DNA from: an uncultured Chloroflexia bacterium
GTDB taxonomy: Bacteria > Chloroflexota > Limnocylindria > Limnocylindrales > CSP1-4
Length of the DNA stretch: 64,000 nt
Direction of reading: 5' to 3'
Assembly: GCA_963813335.1 (NCBI GenBank)
Contig: CAWEYL010000003.1
Span: 64,001 to 128,000, forward strand
Of this stretch, positions 31,270 to 40,448 are shown one piece after another (position 1 is the first letter of the stretch; every line of letters starts with the position of its first letter). The notes beneath the pieces are model-generated. The model did no database searches. It was not told the origin of the DNA and saw only the letters and a list, made by a program, of their open reading frames with translations. The translations under genes and the position numbers were made by a program.

Positions 31270-32354
31270 CGCGCTTCTCCCCGTTCGCGGTCTGCCGTCC
31301 GGCCATCGCCGCAGCCCTCCTGGTCCTCGCGGCGCTCGCGGCCGATGCCCTTGCCGCCTCGGCCCACGGCGCGGATCCGGCGCTCGGCGGCGGGCTGTTC
31401 GACCAGAACCAGGCGCTGCGCTTCTCCTGGCGAACCGGCGCGGAACCCGCGGCGGCCCTCAAGACCGCGATCCGGGCGGCCGCGGCCGACGCCACGGCCA
31501 GTCGGGCGTCGAGGGCGGCGTCGTTCGTCTACGACGCCGGCGGTCCCAACCCGATCGGTTACGGGGCGGGCGCTCCGTGCGGGGTCAACGGGCTGGCATG
31601 CTTCACCCGGAGCGCGCCGGACGGCTTCACGATGTGGTTCCGCGAGCAGGGCCACGTCTTCGACTGGGGGACGCTCAAGTGGTGCCAGTCCTACAGCACG
31701 GCCCCGAGCGGCTGCTACGACGCCGAGACCATCGCGCTCGACGAGTTCGGCCACGTCGAGGGCCTCGACCACCACATCAACTACGCCGACGACCACGACT
31801 ACGAGGACGCGGTCGTGCAGACCTTCTCGCGGACCAAGCCATCGAGCGGCTGGAACGCCCACGCGTTCGGCCCGTGCGACACGACAACGCTGCAGCGGCG
31901 CTACGACCTGCCGAACTGGTCGACGAAGGTCTCGACCTGCCAGAACCTCGGCACGACCCTGACCCTGACCGCCTCCCCTGCCTGGGTGGCGTACGGCGCG
32001 TCCGTGACGGTCACGGCCGTCCTGCGGATCGCCGAGAGCGACGCCTACGGCCAGCTTTCCCTCGACCCGCTCACGGGCCGGACCGTCAACCTCCAGCGGC
32101 GGGTCACCGGCACGACCGCCTGGGTCGCGGCCGGGACCATGTCGGCGGGTCCCGCGTCGGGCACGTACGTGTCGACCGCACGCCTCGTGACGGGCTCCGA
32201 GTTCCGCGCGGTCTTCGCCGCCCCCGCCGACGAAGGCCTCAAGGGGGCCACGTCGGCCACGTTCCGGGTCGTGGTCGGCGGATGCGCCGGGTCGACCTGC
32301 CCACTGGCACCGCCGGCCGCCGTCGACCCGGCCGGTGAAGGGAGCGCGTCGTGA
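31266..32354 (+). CDS. Secreted metzincin/matrixin-like protein with a variant Zn motif and a C-terminal beta-rich domain
   Basis: Signal peptide, YDAETIALDEFGHVEGLDH and several Cys. ATGA overlap with the upstream gene. Confidence 0.7.
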   Translation: MTRFSPFAVCRPAIAAALLVLAALAADALAASAHGADPALGGGLFDQNQALRFSWRTGAEPAAALKTAIRAAAADATASRASRAASFVYDAGGPNPIGYGAGAPCGVNGLACFTRSAPDGFTMWFREQGHVFDWGTLKWCQSYSTAPSGCYDAETIALDEFGHVEGLDHHINYADDHDYEDAVVQTFSRTKPSSGWNAHAFGPCDTTTLQRRYDLPNWSTKVSTCQNLGTTLTLTASPAWVAYGASVTVTAVLRIAESDAYGQLSLDPLTGRTVNLQRRVTGTTAWVAAGTMSAGPASGTYVSTARLVTGSEFRAVFAAPADEGLKGATSATFRVVVGGCAGSTCPLAPPAAVDPAGEGSAS

Positions 32355-32963
32355 CGTTCGCCATCCTGCGCCGCACCGTCCACCATCGCGGGCTCGCCCT
32401 CGCGGCGGCCCTCGTCGTACCCGTCGTGGCCGCGTCGTGCTCCCTCGCTCCGCCCGGCTCGCCCGGCGGCCGGGTCGAGGCGAGCGGCGTCCCGGCTGGG
32501 ACGTCGACCCCGGTCGCGTCGCCACCGACCGCCCGACCGAGCCAGGCGACCCCGCGCACCGTCCACGCCGACGCCCGGACCGACGGCGACCTTGCCCGGG
32601 GAGGGGCCGCCGACGGCCTCGCTCGCGGCCGAGGGCGGCGACCCGGTCGTCGGGCAGCTCGGGACGTTCACCTGGGGCGACGGCGGATCCGACAGCCCGT
32701 GGCTTCCCGGCGCGCCCGTGGCCGTCGGTTCGCGCGAGCCGCTCACGGTCACGCTGGCCGACGGCCCGCCGGTGTCGGGCTGGACGGCGCGCCGGGTACG
32801 TGCCGGGGCCACCAGCCCGGCCGGGGCGGTCGCGGTCGGGAGCGGATCCGGACCGATCGCGTTCGATGCTCCGGCGACCGGCTCATGGACCGTCGAGGTC
32901 GCGGTGACCTTCGCCGACGGGCTGGGATCGGCGGCCTACTTCTGGCGGCTCGACATCCGGTGA
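32351..32963 (+). CDS. Hypothetical lipoprotein with a Pro/Thr linker and a beta-sandwich-like domain; frameshift near 32555
   Basis: Lipobox AASC. C-terminal domain (GQLGTFTWGDGGSDSPWLPG..YFWRLDIR) is in ORF 32592..32963. Confidence 0.65.
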
Positions 32964-32984
32964 CAGTGGCACACTGCGTGGGCG

Positions 32985-33935
32985 ATGGCCGCACCACCGA
33001 GGATCCGCCGACGGCTCCCGCCGCTCGTCGCCGTGGCGATCGCGGCGGCCCTCGCCATGTCGGCCTGCGCGTCGCCGTCGGTCACGTCGGGGCCGCCGTC
33101 GCTCGACGGCCTGCTCCTGCTCACGGGCGACCTGCGCGCCACGACGACGCTCGAGACGTGCGTGGGCACGCCGTGCCGGATGGAGGCCGTCGAGTCGCCG
33201 GACGGCACGACCTGGATCGCCTCCGGCGACGGCGGATCGCTGGCCGCGACGCTCGTGGACGCGACCCTGCGGACCAGCGACCCGCTCCATCCTGGCGGCC
33301 ATCAGACCTGGCACACGCTCGACCTCGTCGATGCCGAGGGGGCCGCGGTCGAGGGCCCGTTCATGTTCCCGGGGTGGGACCCGGGCGGCTTCCGGTTCGC
33401 GGCCCTGGCGGGCCAGCTCGACACGGCCCCGCGGCTGGTCATCGTCGACCCGGAGACCGGGATCGCGGCCGACGACGCCCTCGACGCCCCGGTCGTGCCG
33501 GCCCCGCCGGCCTGGCTCGGCGATGACCGGATCGCCGTGGTCACGGGCACGGACGAGGCGCTCACGACGGCGATCGTCGCGACCGCGACCGGCGACGCGG
33601 TCCCGGGGCCGGACGGGGCCCGGCTGTTGGCCACCTCGGCGGACGCCCGCACGATCGCGGTCGCCCGGCCCGGACGCGAGCCGGTGACGGTGCGCGTGAC
33701 ATCCGACTGGCTCGCGGGTGGCGGTCCGACGCTGGCCTCCATCGACCCGCCCGACAAGGCGGTCGCGGTGACGGCGCTCGCGCTCGATGCCGACGGCTCG
33801 CGCCTGGCGGTGGCGTGGCTGACCGAGGGCGGGACGGTCCGCGTGCTGGCCTACACCCGCGCCGACCGCTGGCGGGCGGTCGACGTCACGGGCGCGCGGA
33901 ACCCGCCGGCTGCCGTGGTGGCGTGGTCGCGCTGA
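32985..33935 (+). CDS. Hypothetical lipoprotein, beta-propeller-like
   Basis: Lipobox MSAC and blade-like motifs WDPGGFRFAA, WLGDDRIAV, SADARTIAV and DADGSRLAV. Confidence 0.7.
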   Translation: MAAPPRIRRRLPPLVAVAIAAALAMSACASPSVTSGPPSLDGLLLLTGDLRATTTLETCVGTPCRMEAVESPDGTTWIASGDGGSLAATLVDATLRTSDPLHPGGHQTWHTLDLVDAEGAAVEGPFMFPGWDPGGFRFAALAGQLDTAPRLVIVDPETGIAADDALDAPVVPAPPAWLGDDRIAVVTGTDEALTTAIVATATGDAVPGPDGARLLATSADARTIAVARPGREPVTVRVTSDWLAGGGPTLASIDPPDKAVAVTALALDADGSRLAVAWLTEGGTVRVLAYTRADRWRAVDVTGARNPPAAVVAWSR

Positions 33936-33943
33936 TCCAGGGC

Positions 33944-33963
33944 GCGGGCCCGCCCGGGCCCGC
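33944..33963. terminator. GC hairpin between convergent genes
   Basis: GCGGGCCC-GCCC-GGGCCCGC, with no U tract. Confidence 0.4.
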
Positions 33964-33968
33964 CGGGC

Positions 33969-34247
33969 TCAGGCGGTGGCGACGGCCTCGGTCGCGGACA
34001 GGATCGAGACCTGGGCGTCCTCGGGCAGCATGACCCCGAAGACCTTCTGGAGCGTGAGGAGGTGGACGCACGAACCCCAGCTCTCGAAGTAGTGGCAGGT
34101 GCATCGCCACTGACCGGCATCGAGACCGACGTGATGGGTGTCGTTGTCGCCACGGAACGTGAGTGAGAGCCGATCGATGGTGATCCGGTCAAGCTCTCGC
34201 GCGTAGCGATTCGCCTTCTCGATCTTGCCGATCAGGGAGCTGTGCAT
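33969..34247 (-). CDS. Small SWIM-type zinc-finger protein
   Basis: 92 aa with C-x-C-x8-C-x-H (WRCTCHYFESWGSCVH). SD GGAGG. Confidence 0.85.
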   Translation of the reverse strand: MHSSLIGKIEKANRYARELDRITIDRLSLTFRGDNDTHHVGLDAGQWRCTCHYFESWGSCVHLLTLQKVFGVMLPEDAQVSILSATEAVATA

Positions 34248-34387
34248 CGCTCGACTACCTCCGTCGCCCGCGGGGGCGCTCCCGAGGCCGCCGTCCGGTC
34301 ATGCACCTCGACCGGTGATGGCGGTCGCGTTGTCCGAAGGGTACACCCGCACCATCGGCCGGTCACCCCGGAATCGTACCGGTCGGG

Positions 34388-34771
34388 TCAGGGGGCGTTG
34401 GTCCCCTCGCGGCCGAAATCGTCCTCGAGGCGCACGACGTCGTCGAGCTCGGGGGTCGACACCTCGACGAGCTCGCAGCGCTCGATCGATTCGTAGCGAT
34501 GGATCCGGCCGGTGCGCACGCGGCGCGACGCGCCGGGGCCGAGCTCCTCGGTCCGGACCGTCCCGTCGTCGTCCTCGAGGAAGAGCCGGAGACGGCCGGA
34601 CAGCACCAGGATCGCCTCGTCCTTGACCTCGTGGCGCTGGAGCGACAGCCGCTTCCCGGTCTCGATCACGAGGATCTTGCCGACGTACCGGTCGGTCTCG
34701 GCCCAGATGCGCTCGTGGCCCCAGGGCTTGTCGACGCGCCGACCGCCGACGTCGCCGGCGCCGTCGGTCAT
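34388..34771 (-). CDS. Cupin, mannose-6-phosphate isomerase type II C-terminal-like
   Basis: VDKPWG, LSLQRHEVKDE, IHR and EVSTPELDDVVRLEDDFGR. Confidence 0.85.
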   Translation of the reverse strand: MTDGAGDVGGRRVDKPWGHERIWAETDRYVGKILVIETGKRLSLQRHEVKDEAILVLSGRLRLFLEDDDGTVRTEELGPGASRRVRTGRIHRYESIERCELVEVSTPELDDVVRLEDDFGREGTNAP

Positions 34772-36246
34772 CCGCGGACCAGCTTCTCGCCGGCGACCAG
34801 CATCGCCGCGCGCGTGTCGGCCGAGGTGGCCTCGACGTAGACGCGCACGAGCGGCTCCGTCCCGGAGGTCCGCACGAGCAGCCACGAGCCGTCGGCGACG
34901 TAGAACTTGAAGCCGTCGTTCGTGTCGAGCGGGATCGTCCGGGTCACGGCCTGGCCGGCCAGCTCGGCCGGGGCCTGCTCGCGCAGGTCGACGAGCAGCC
35001 GGCGCTTGGTCTCGGCGTACAGGTTGCGCGCGATGTGGACGTCGACGCGCTGGTAGAACGACGCGCCGGCGATCTCGTGGAAGTGCTCGATGGCCTTCGA
35101 GACGGGCCAGCGCCCGGCGGCCTTCTCGCGCAGGAACAGGTCGAGCAGCATCAGGTCGGCGTAGATGCCGTCCCGCTCGGGCAGGTGCATCCCGAACCCG
35201 AAGCCGCCGGACTCCTCGGCCCCCATCATCGCCCCGGTCTCGATCATCTTGGGGCCGATGAACTTGAAGCCGACGGCCGTCTCGTAGACCTTGATCCCGT
35301 AGTGCTCCCCGAGGCGCCCGGCCATCGAGGTGTTGTTCACGCTGATGACCACCGGGTCGCGCAGGCCGCGGTGCTCGGCGAGGTAGTACATCAGCAGGCC
35401 CGTGACCTGGAGCTGGTGGATGAACGTGCCGCGCTCGTCGGCCGCGCCGGCGCGGTCGGCGTCGCCGTCGAGGAGCAGGCCGAGATCGAAGCCGCCGCCG
35501 GCCAGCATCCCGAGCGCCTCGTCGACGTTGGGCCGGATCGGCTCGGGGTTGACGCCGCCGAAGTACGGGTTGCGCTCCTGGTGGATCTCGGTCACGCGGA
35601 TCTTCCCGCCGCCGAGCAGACGGCTGATCCAGCCCGCGCCGGCGCCCCACATCGGGTCGACCAGGACGTGGACGTCGGCGGCCTTCAGGGCATCGATGTC
35701 GATGGTCGTCCGGGCGAACCGCTCATAGCCCTCGAACGGGTCGTAGTAGTCCACGAGACCGGCCGCCTCGGCGTCGGCGAGCGGCCGCCGGTCGACGGCA
35801 TGCCCGCCGTTCTCGGCGAGGCGCTCCTCGATCGCCTTGAGGATCTCCGGGCCGGCGGCGGAGCCGGTCGGCGCCTTGACCTTGAAGCCGTTGTCGATCC
35901 ATGGGTTGTGGCTGGCGGTGATGACGATGCCGGCCGCCGAGCCGCGCTGGACGACCTCGTACGAGCTCATCTGGGTCGGGACGGCGTGCTGCGCCAGCGC
36001 CACCGGGATGCCGTGGGCGAGCACGACCTCGGCGGCCGCGGCGGCGAAGTGCTCGGAGGCGAACCGCCGGTCGAAGGCGATCACCACGCCCTTCGCCTGC
36101 TCGCCGCGGCTCTCCACGTAGTGGGCGACGCCGTCGGCGCAGCGGCGCACGTTCTCGAACGTGTAGTCGTCGGCGATCCGCGCCCGCCAGCCGTCGGTGC
36201 CGAAGACGATCGTCGTCGGGGACGGCGCCTCCGTCGTGCTCGTCAC
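34768..36246 (-). CDS. Phosphoglucomutase/phosphomannomutase
   Basis: FGTDGWR, phosphoserine loop TASHNP, DGDADR, EESGG and RTSGTEP. Confidence 0.93.
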   Translation of the reverse strand: MTSTTEAPSPTTIVFGTDGWRARIADDYTFENVRRCADGVAHYVESRGEQAKGVVIAFDRRFASEHFAAAAAEVVLAHGIPVALAQHAVPTQMSSYEVVQRGSAAGIVITASHNPWIDNGFKVKAPTGSAAGPEILKAIEERLAENGGHAVDRRPLADAEAAGLVDYYDPFEGYERFARTTIDIDALKAADVHVLVDPMWGAGAGWISRLLGGGKIRVTEIHQERNPYFGGVNPEPIRPNVDEALGMLAGGGFDLGLLLDGDADRAGAADERGTFIHQLQVTGLLMYYLAEHRGLRDPVVISVNNTSMAGRLGEHYGIKVYETAVGFKFIGPKMIETGAMMGAEESGGFGFGMHLPERDGIYADLMLLDLFLREKAAGRWPVSKAIEHFHEIAGASFYQRVDVHIARNLYAETKRRLLVDLREQAPAELAGQAVTRTIPLDTNDGFKFYVADGSWLLVRTSGTEPLVRVYVEATSADTRAAMLVAGEKLVRG

Positions 36247-36247
36247 G

Positions 36248-37306
36248 TCAGCCTCCCGGTTCGGCGCAGCGATCGATCAGCTCGCGGACCCGCTCGATGT
36301 CGGGGAGGGTCCCGCGCAGGACGGCGATGGGCTGCGTGGCGGTCATGCTACCGCGCCCGAGCGGGGCGATGACCCCCAGGCGGCCGTCCACTCGCCGCAC
36401 GACGAGGTCCTCGTCGCCGACCTCGACGGTCTCACCCGGCTTCACGACCGCGCCCTCTCCCCGCGAGCCGAGGGCCGTGAGGAGCGCCGTCCACGAGCCC
36501 AGGTCGGACCAGCCGACATCCATGGCACCCATGACGACCCGCCCGTCACGGGCGGCGCCTTCCATCACCGCGTAGTCGATCGAGAGCGCCTTGCGGATCG
36601 ATTCGTAGGCGCGCTCGAGCATCGAGGGCGAGCCGACCATCGGTCCCAGCGTCTGGACGAGCCCGGTGTAGCGCTCCAGTGCCGAGCGGATCGCCCGGCG
36701 CCGCCACAGGAACATGCCCGCGTTCCAGGCGACGCCGTCCTCGCGCCCGAGCTGCTCCGCCCGGGCCGGGGTGGGCTTCTCCTCGAACGCCCGCAGCGGG
36801 TACGCCCGCAGGGCGCCGTGCGCCTCGCTGCGAGCGGCGTCGGGCAGGAGGTAGCCGTACTCCGTCGCGGGCCGGTCGACGCGCACGCCGAGCGTCACGA
36901 GCGGATCGTCGATGCCGAAGATCCCGGTCGCCAGGTCGTCGGCGGCCGTCCGCAGTACGTCGCGGAAGGCGTCGTCGCGGTCGATCGTCTGGTCCGCGGG
37001 GAGCACGACCATGACCTCGTCGTCGGGCCGCTCGATGGCCAGGGTCGCGAGGGCGATGGCCGCCGCCGTGTTCCGGCCGAGCGGCTCCAGCAGGAGCTGG
37101 ACACCGGGCAGCTGCTCGCGGACGAGGTGCTCGTAGCGCCGGTCGGTCACGACCGTGATGTCGTCGGTCAGCGGACGGATGCGGTCGCCCGTGGCCTCGA
37201 GCAGCGACCGCTCCCCGAGGAGGGGCAGGAACGGCTTCGGTCGCTCGGGACGGCTGAGCGGGTGGAGCCGGGTCCCGCCTCCGCCGGCCATGATGACGGC
37301 ATACAT
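36248..37306 (-). CDS. manC: Mannose-1-phosphate guanylyltransferase
   Basis: IMAGGGGTRLHPLSR..PKPF, EPLGRNTAAA, FEEKP, WNAGMF, SIDYAVME and WSDLGSW. Confidence 0.9.
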   Translation of the reverse strand: MYAVIMAGGGGTRLHPLSRPERPKPFLPLLGERSLLEATGDRIRPLTDDITVVTDRRYEHLVREQLPGVQLLLEPLGRNTAAAIALATLAIERPDDEVMVVLPADQTIDRDDAFRDVLRTAADDLATGIFGIDDPLVTLGVRVDRPATEYGYLLPDAARSEAHGALRAYPLRAFEEKPTPARAEQLGREDGVAWNAGMFLWRRRAIRSALERYTGLVQTLGPMVGSPSMLERAYESIRKALSIDYAVMEGAARDGRVVMGAMDVGWSDLGSWTALLTALGSRGEGAVVKPGETVEVGDEDLVVRRVDGRLGVIAPLGRGSMTATQPIAVLRGTLPDIERVRELIDRCAEPGG

Positions 37307-37326
37307 GCGCCGCCATCATAGGGACG

Positions 37327-38256
37327 TCAGTCGGCCACGATCACGTAGCGGCCTTCCCAGACGACGTGGTGCTGCCACTCGTGGTAGGCGGTGTAGACCC
37401 TCGCGAAGCTCGCGAGGTTGTAGTACTTGTACGGATACGGGTCGCTCGACCCGGGCCCAAGCGGACCGAAGACGTAGACCCCGAGGATCGTCCGCTTGGT
37501 CGGGTCGTCCACCTGGACCCTGGCCTTGTAGCCGAGGACGACCCAGGCGTGGGTCCCGCGCTTGATGGTGACCCCGACCGGGTGGTGGGTGCGGTCGATC
37601 GCCTCGACCATCGCGTTGATCGCCCACGCCCGCGACGTGAAGGACTTGGCCTTGTAGGGCTGCCCGGTCCAGTGGCGGAGCGCCCAGGCCCAGCCGGCGA
37701 TGTCGTTCCCGGCCGTGGCGTAGGTGTAGCGGTTGTTCATCCGGATCTGGCGGTACAGCAGGTACTGTCGCGAGTAGGTCCGGATCTTCTGGCGCAGGAT
37801 GATGTTCATCATCGTCTGCGTGGCCGCAGGCACGCACCACGTGTTCCGGTACTGGCGCACGGCCGCGGCGGAGCGGTAGAGCACGACCGATGTCAGGGTG
37901 GTCCCGGGCGGCGTCGGGGCGGGGGTCGGGGTCGGGCCGGGGGTCGGGGTCGCGGTCGGCTCGGGGGTGGGCGTGGGCGTCGGCTCGGGGGTCGGGGTCG
38001 GGGTCGCGGTCGGCTCCGGGGTCGGGGTGGGCGTGGGCGTGGGGTTCGCGTCCGCGGCCGGCGGGTCGGTCGGCAGGTCGGCGGCCACGTCGATCACGAC
38101 CGTCGGCGTCGGTGTCGGGGTAGGCGTCGGGGACGCCCCGTCGTCGGCGAAGGCCGGCAGCGGCACCACGATCAGGGCGGCGGCGGCCAGGGCCACCGCA
38201 CGGAGGCCGGTGGCCAGGCGCAAGCGCTTGGCGATGGACGCTGGGACGTTGGGCAT
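37327..38256 (-). CDS. Secreted protein with a PT-repeat linker and a papain-like (C39-like) domain
   Basis: Signal peptide (..LPAFA), (PT)n/EPTA repeats, [11 protein letters not shown] and [10 protein letters not shown]. Confidence 0.7.
   Translation of the reverse strand: MPNVPASIAKRLRLATGLRAVALAAAALIVVPLPAFADDGASPTPTPTPTPTVVIDVAADLPTDPPAADANPTPTPTPTPEPTATPTPTPEPTPTPTPEPTATPTPGPTPTPAPTPPGTTLTSVVLYRSAAAVRQYRNTWCVPAATQTMMNIILRQKIRTYSRQYLLYRQIRMNNRYTYATAGNDIAGWAWALRHWTGQPYKAKSFTSRAWAINAMVEAIDRTHHPVGVTIKRGTHAWVVLGYKARVQVDDPTKRTILGVYVFGPLGPGSSDPYPYKYYNLASFARVYTAYHEWQHHVVWEGRYVIVAD
37910..38135 (-). repeat. Coding Pro-Thr low-complexity repeat
   Basis: Repeated GGGGTC/GGCGTG hexamers encoding [15 protein letters not shown]. 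Confidence 0.85.
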
Positions 38257-38414
38257 GATCGATCCCGGTGAGCAGGACCGCGTCGAGCGGCGAAGACCAA
38301 GTCTGACCGCCTGCGGAGACGGTGTGACCGGGCCGATGGTCCGCGACCCGACGCGTCGGATGGTCCGGTGCGTCGGCGCACAACCCTAGCAGCCGCGTCG
38401 CGGCCGGGAAGGCC

Positions 38415-38969
38415 TCAGAAGCTCGGTGGCGTCAGGCAGAACAGGACCGTCGCCGGCGTGTCGCCGCGGTTCATGTTCCAGTGCGGCAGGCGCGACGGGA
38501 ACGTGATCGCATCGCCCTCGCGCAGGACGTAGTGCTCGTCGCCGACCCACAGGTCGAGGACGCCGGCCAGCACGACCACGACCTCCTCGTCCGAATCGTG
38601 CGTGTAGGCCTCCTCGCCGGTCCCGCCGCCCGGCTCGATCGTGGACAGGATCACCTGGAGCCGGCCGGCCATGTCGGACGTGAGGAACTCGTCCACCGAG
38701 CGCAGCCCCGGGTAGGCCACCCGTCGGCGCGCCTCCCGCCGGACGACGCGGCCGCTGACCTGCTCCGCGGCGAAGAGCTGGGCGATCGAGAGGTCCAGCG
38801 CCCGCGCGATGCGGCCGACGGTCGCGATCGACGGGCTGGCGACGTCCCGCTCGACCTGCGAGAGGAAGCTCTCGGTGACGCCCGACCGGGCCGCGACGTC
38901 TCGCAGGGTGAGCCGCCGCGCCTGGCGCAGCGCGCGGATCCGCGGGCCCAACTGGAGCTCGGTCGCCAT
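38415..38969 (-). CDS. XRE-family HTH-cupin transcriptional regulator (PuuR-like)
   Basis: LGPRIRALR..SFLSQVERDVASPS HTH and cupin motifs EEVVVVLAG..GDAITFPSRLPH. Divergent from the polyamine ABC genes. Confidence 0.88.
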   Translation of the reverse strand: MATELQLGPRIRALRQARRLTLRDVAARSGVTESFLSQVERDVASPSIATVGRIARALDLSIAQLFAAEQVSGRVVRREARRRVAYPGLRSVDEFLTSDMAGRLQVILSTIEPGGGTGEEAYTHDSDEEVVVVLAGVLDLWVGDEHYVLREGDAITFPSRLPHWNMNRGDTPATVLFCLTPPSF

Positions 38970-38998
38970 CGGCCTCCCCGGTGTGAACGCCATCCACG

Positions 38999-39024
38999 TT
39001 CAGAGGCCTGAAGTATAGGTTCAG
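38999..39024. promoter_or_regulatory. Overlapping TTCAG/CTGAA inverted repeats across the regulator's -10 box
   Basis: TTCAG-AGGC-CTGAA-GTATAGG-TTCAG, with TATACT on the minus strand at 39012-39017. Confidence 0.55.
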
Positions 39025-39121
39025 GTCGACACCGTCTGACGGTGGCCGCGCGGCCGAGCGACGCGAGATTCGCACGTCCAGCGCGTTGACGCCGAGGGGA
39101 GTCGCCCGTACCATCGCCCAA

Positions 39122-39140
39122 CCTGTAGCGAGGCTACAGG
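39122..39140. promoter_or_regulatory. Perfect 8-bp inverted repeat just downstream of the potA -10 box
   Basis: CCTGTAGC-GAG-GCTACAGG, 7 nt after TACCAT (39109-39114). Confidence 0.55.
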
Positions 39141-39181
39141 GACGCCGCTCAGCGCCGATCGTCCGCCCCCGAGGACACCCG

Positions 39182-40366
39182 TTGACCGCATCCCTGACAC
39201 CCGACACCGGCTCTGCTCCGATGCCCGCCCCGGCCGCGCCGGCCGACCGCCGGGCTGCAGGCAGCCCGGACGTGGAGATCATCGACGTCACGAAGCGGTT
39301 CGGCGCCGTCACCGCAGTCGACCACATGCACCTGCGCATCGAGCGCGGCGAGTTCTACAGCCTCCTCGGGCCGTCCGGCTGCGGCAAGACCACGACCCTC
39401 CGGATGATCGCCGGCTTCGAGCAGCCGACCGAGGGCGAGATCCTGCTGGCCGGCCAGCCGATCGCCGGCGTCCCGCCGTACAGGCGCAACGTCAACACGG
39501 TCTTCCAGCACTACGCGCTGTTCCCGCACATGGACGTGGCCCGCAACGTCGGCTACGGCCTGCGCCAGACGAAGGTCGGCAAGGCCGAGGAGGCGCGCCG
39601 CGTCAGCGAGACGCTGGCGATGGTCCGCCTCGTGGGCTATGAGCGGCGGCGGACCTGGGAGATGTCGGGCGGCCAGCAGCAGCGTGTCGCGCTCGCCCGC
39701 GCCCTGGTCAACCACCCCACCGTGCTCCTCCTCGACGAGCCGCTCGGGGCGCTCGACCTCAAGCTGCGCAAGGAGATGCAGCTCGAGCTCAAGGCGCTCC
39801 AGCGCGAGGTCGGGATCACCTTCGTGTACGTGACCCACGACCAGGAGGAGGCGCTCACGATGAGCGACGTCATCGTGGTCATGCGCGACGGGTTGATCCA
39901 GCAGATGGGCTCGCCGCAGGTCCTCTACGAGCGGCCGGTCAATCGCTTCGTGGCCGGCTTCATCGGCAACTCCAATTTCGTCGAGGCGACCCTGCGGTCG
40001 CACGACCCCGCCACCGGCGGGGCAGCCATCGAGATCGCCGACGGCCGACGCCTCGGCGGCCACGTCACCGACGACAGCGCGCGGCCGGTCACCAATTCGG
40101 CCGTGACCATCGCGATCCGGCCCGAGCGCCTCGTCATCCGCGAGGGTGGCCAGAGGGACGGCCCGGGCTGGACGAGGATCCCAGGACGCGTGGTCCAGGG
40201 CACCTACCTGGGGGACCAGACGGAGTATCGGGTGGCCACCGACGCCCTCGGCGAGGTGGTCGTCCGTCGGCCCGTGACGACCGGCCAGGAGGCCCGGACG
40301 TACGGACCCGGCGAAGGAGTGGACATCGCCTGGCACGAGGATGCCGTCCTCGTGCTGGTCGGCTAG
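39182..40366 (+). CDS. potA: Polyamine ABC transporter ATP-binding protein
   Basis: GPSGCGKTT, VFQHYALFPH, SGGQQQRVALARA, LDLKLRKEMQ and a TOBE-like C-terminus. Confidence 0.9.
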   Translation: MTASLTPDTGSAPMPAPAAPADRRAAGSPDVEIIDVTKRFGAVTAVDHMHLRIERGEFYSLLGPSGCGKTTTLRMIAGFEQPTEGEILLAGQPIAGVPPYRRNVNTVFQHYALFPHMDVARNVGYGLRQTKVGKAEEARRVSETLAMVRLVGYERRRTWEMSGGQQQRVALARALVNHPTVLLLDEPLGALDLKLRKEMQLELKALQREVGITFVYVTHDQEEALTMSDVIVVMRDGLIQQMGSPQVLYERPVNRFVAGFIGNSNFVEATLRSHDPATGGAAIEIADGRRLGGHVTDDSARPVTNSAVTIAIRPERLVIREGGQRDGPGWTRIPGRVVQGTYLGDQTEYRVATDALGEVVVRRPVTTGQEARTYGPGEGVDIAWHEDAVLVLVG

Positions 40367-40448
40367 CGAGCGATCGATAGCGACACGGGACAGGACGACG
40401 GACGGACCCAGCACCGCCGGCGCGGCCGGCACGCGGAGGAGGATGACG

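Noticed and set aside
37910-38135. Repeat array that might be mistaken for CRISPR or a VNTR
   Set aside because: These are in-frame Pro-Thr codon repeats with no unique spacers and no cas genes nearby.
38335-38367. Direct repeat GATGGTCCG twice, flanking the palindrome CCGACGCGTCGG, upstream of the C39-like gene
   Set aside because: Short and GC-rich, so it cannot be distinguished from chance without comparative data.
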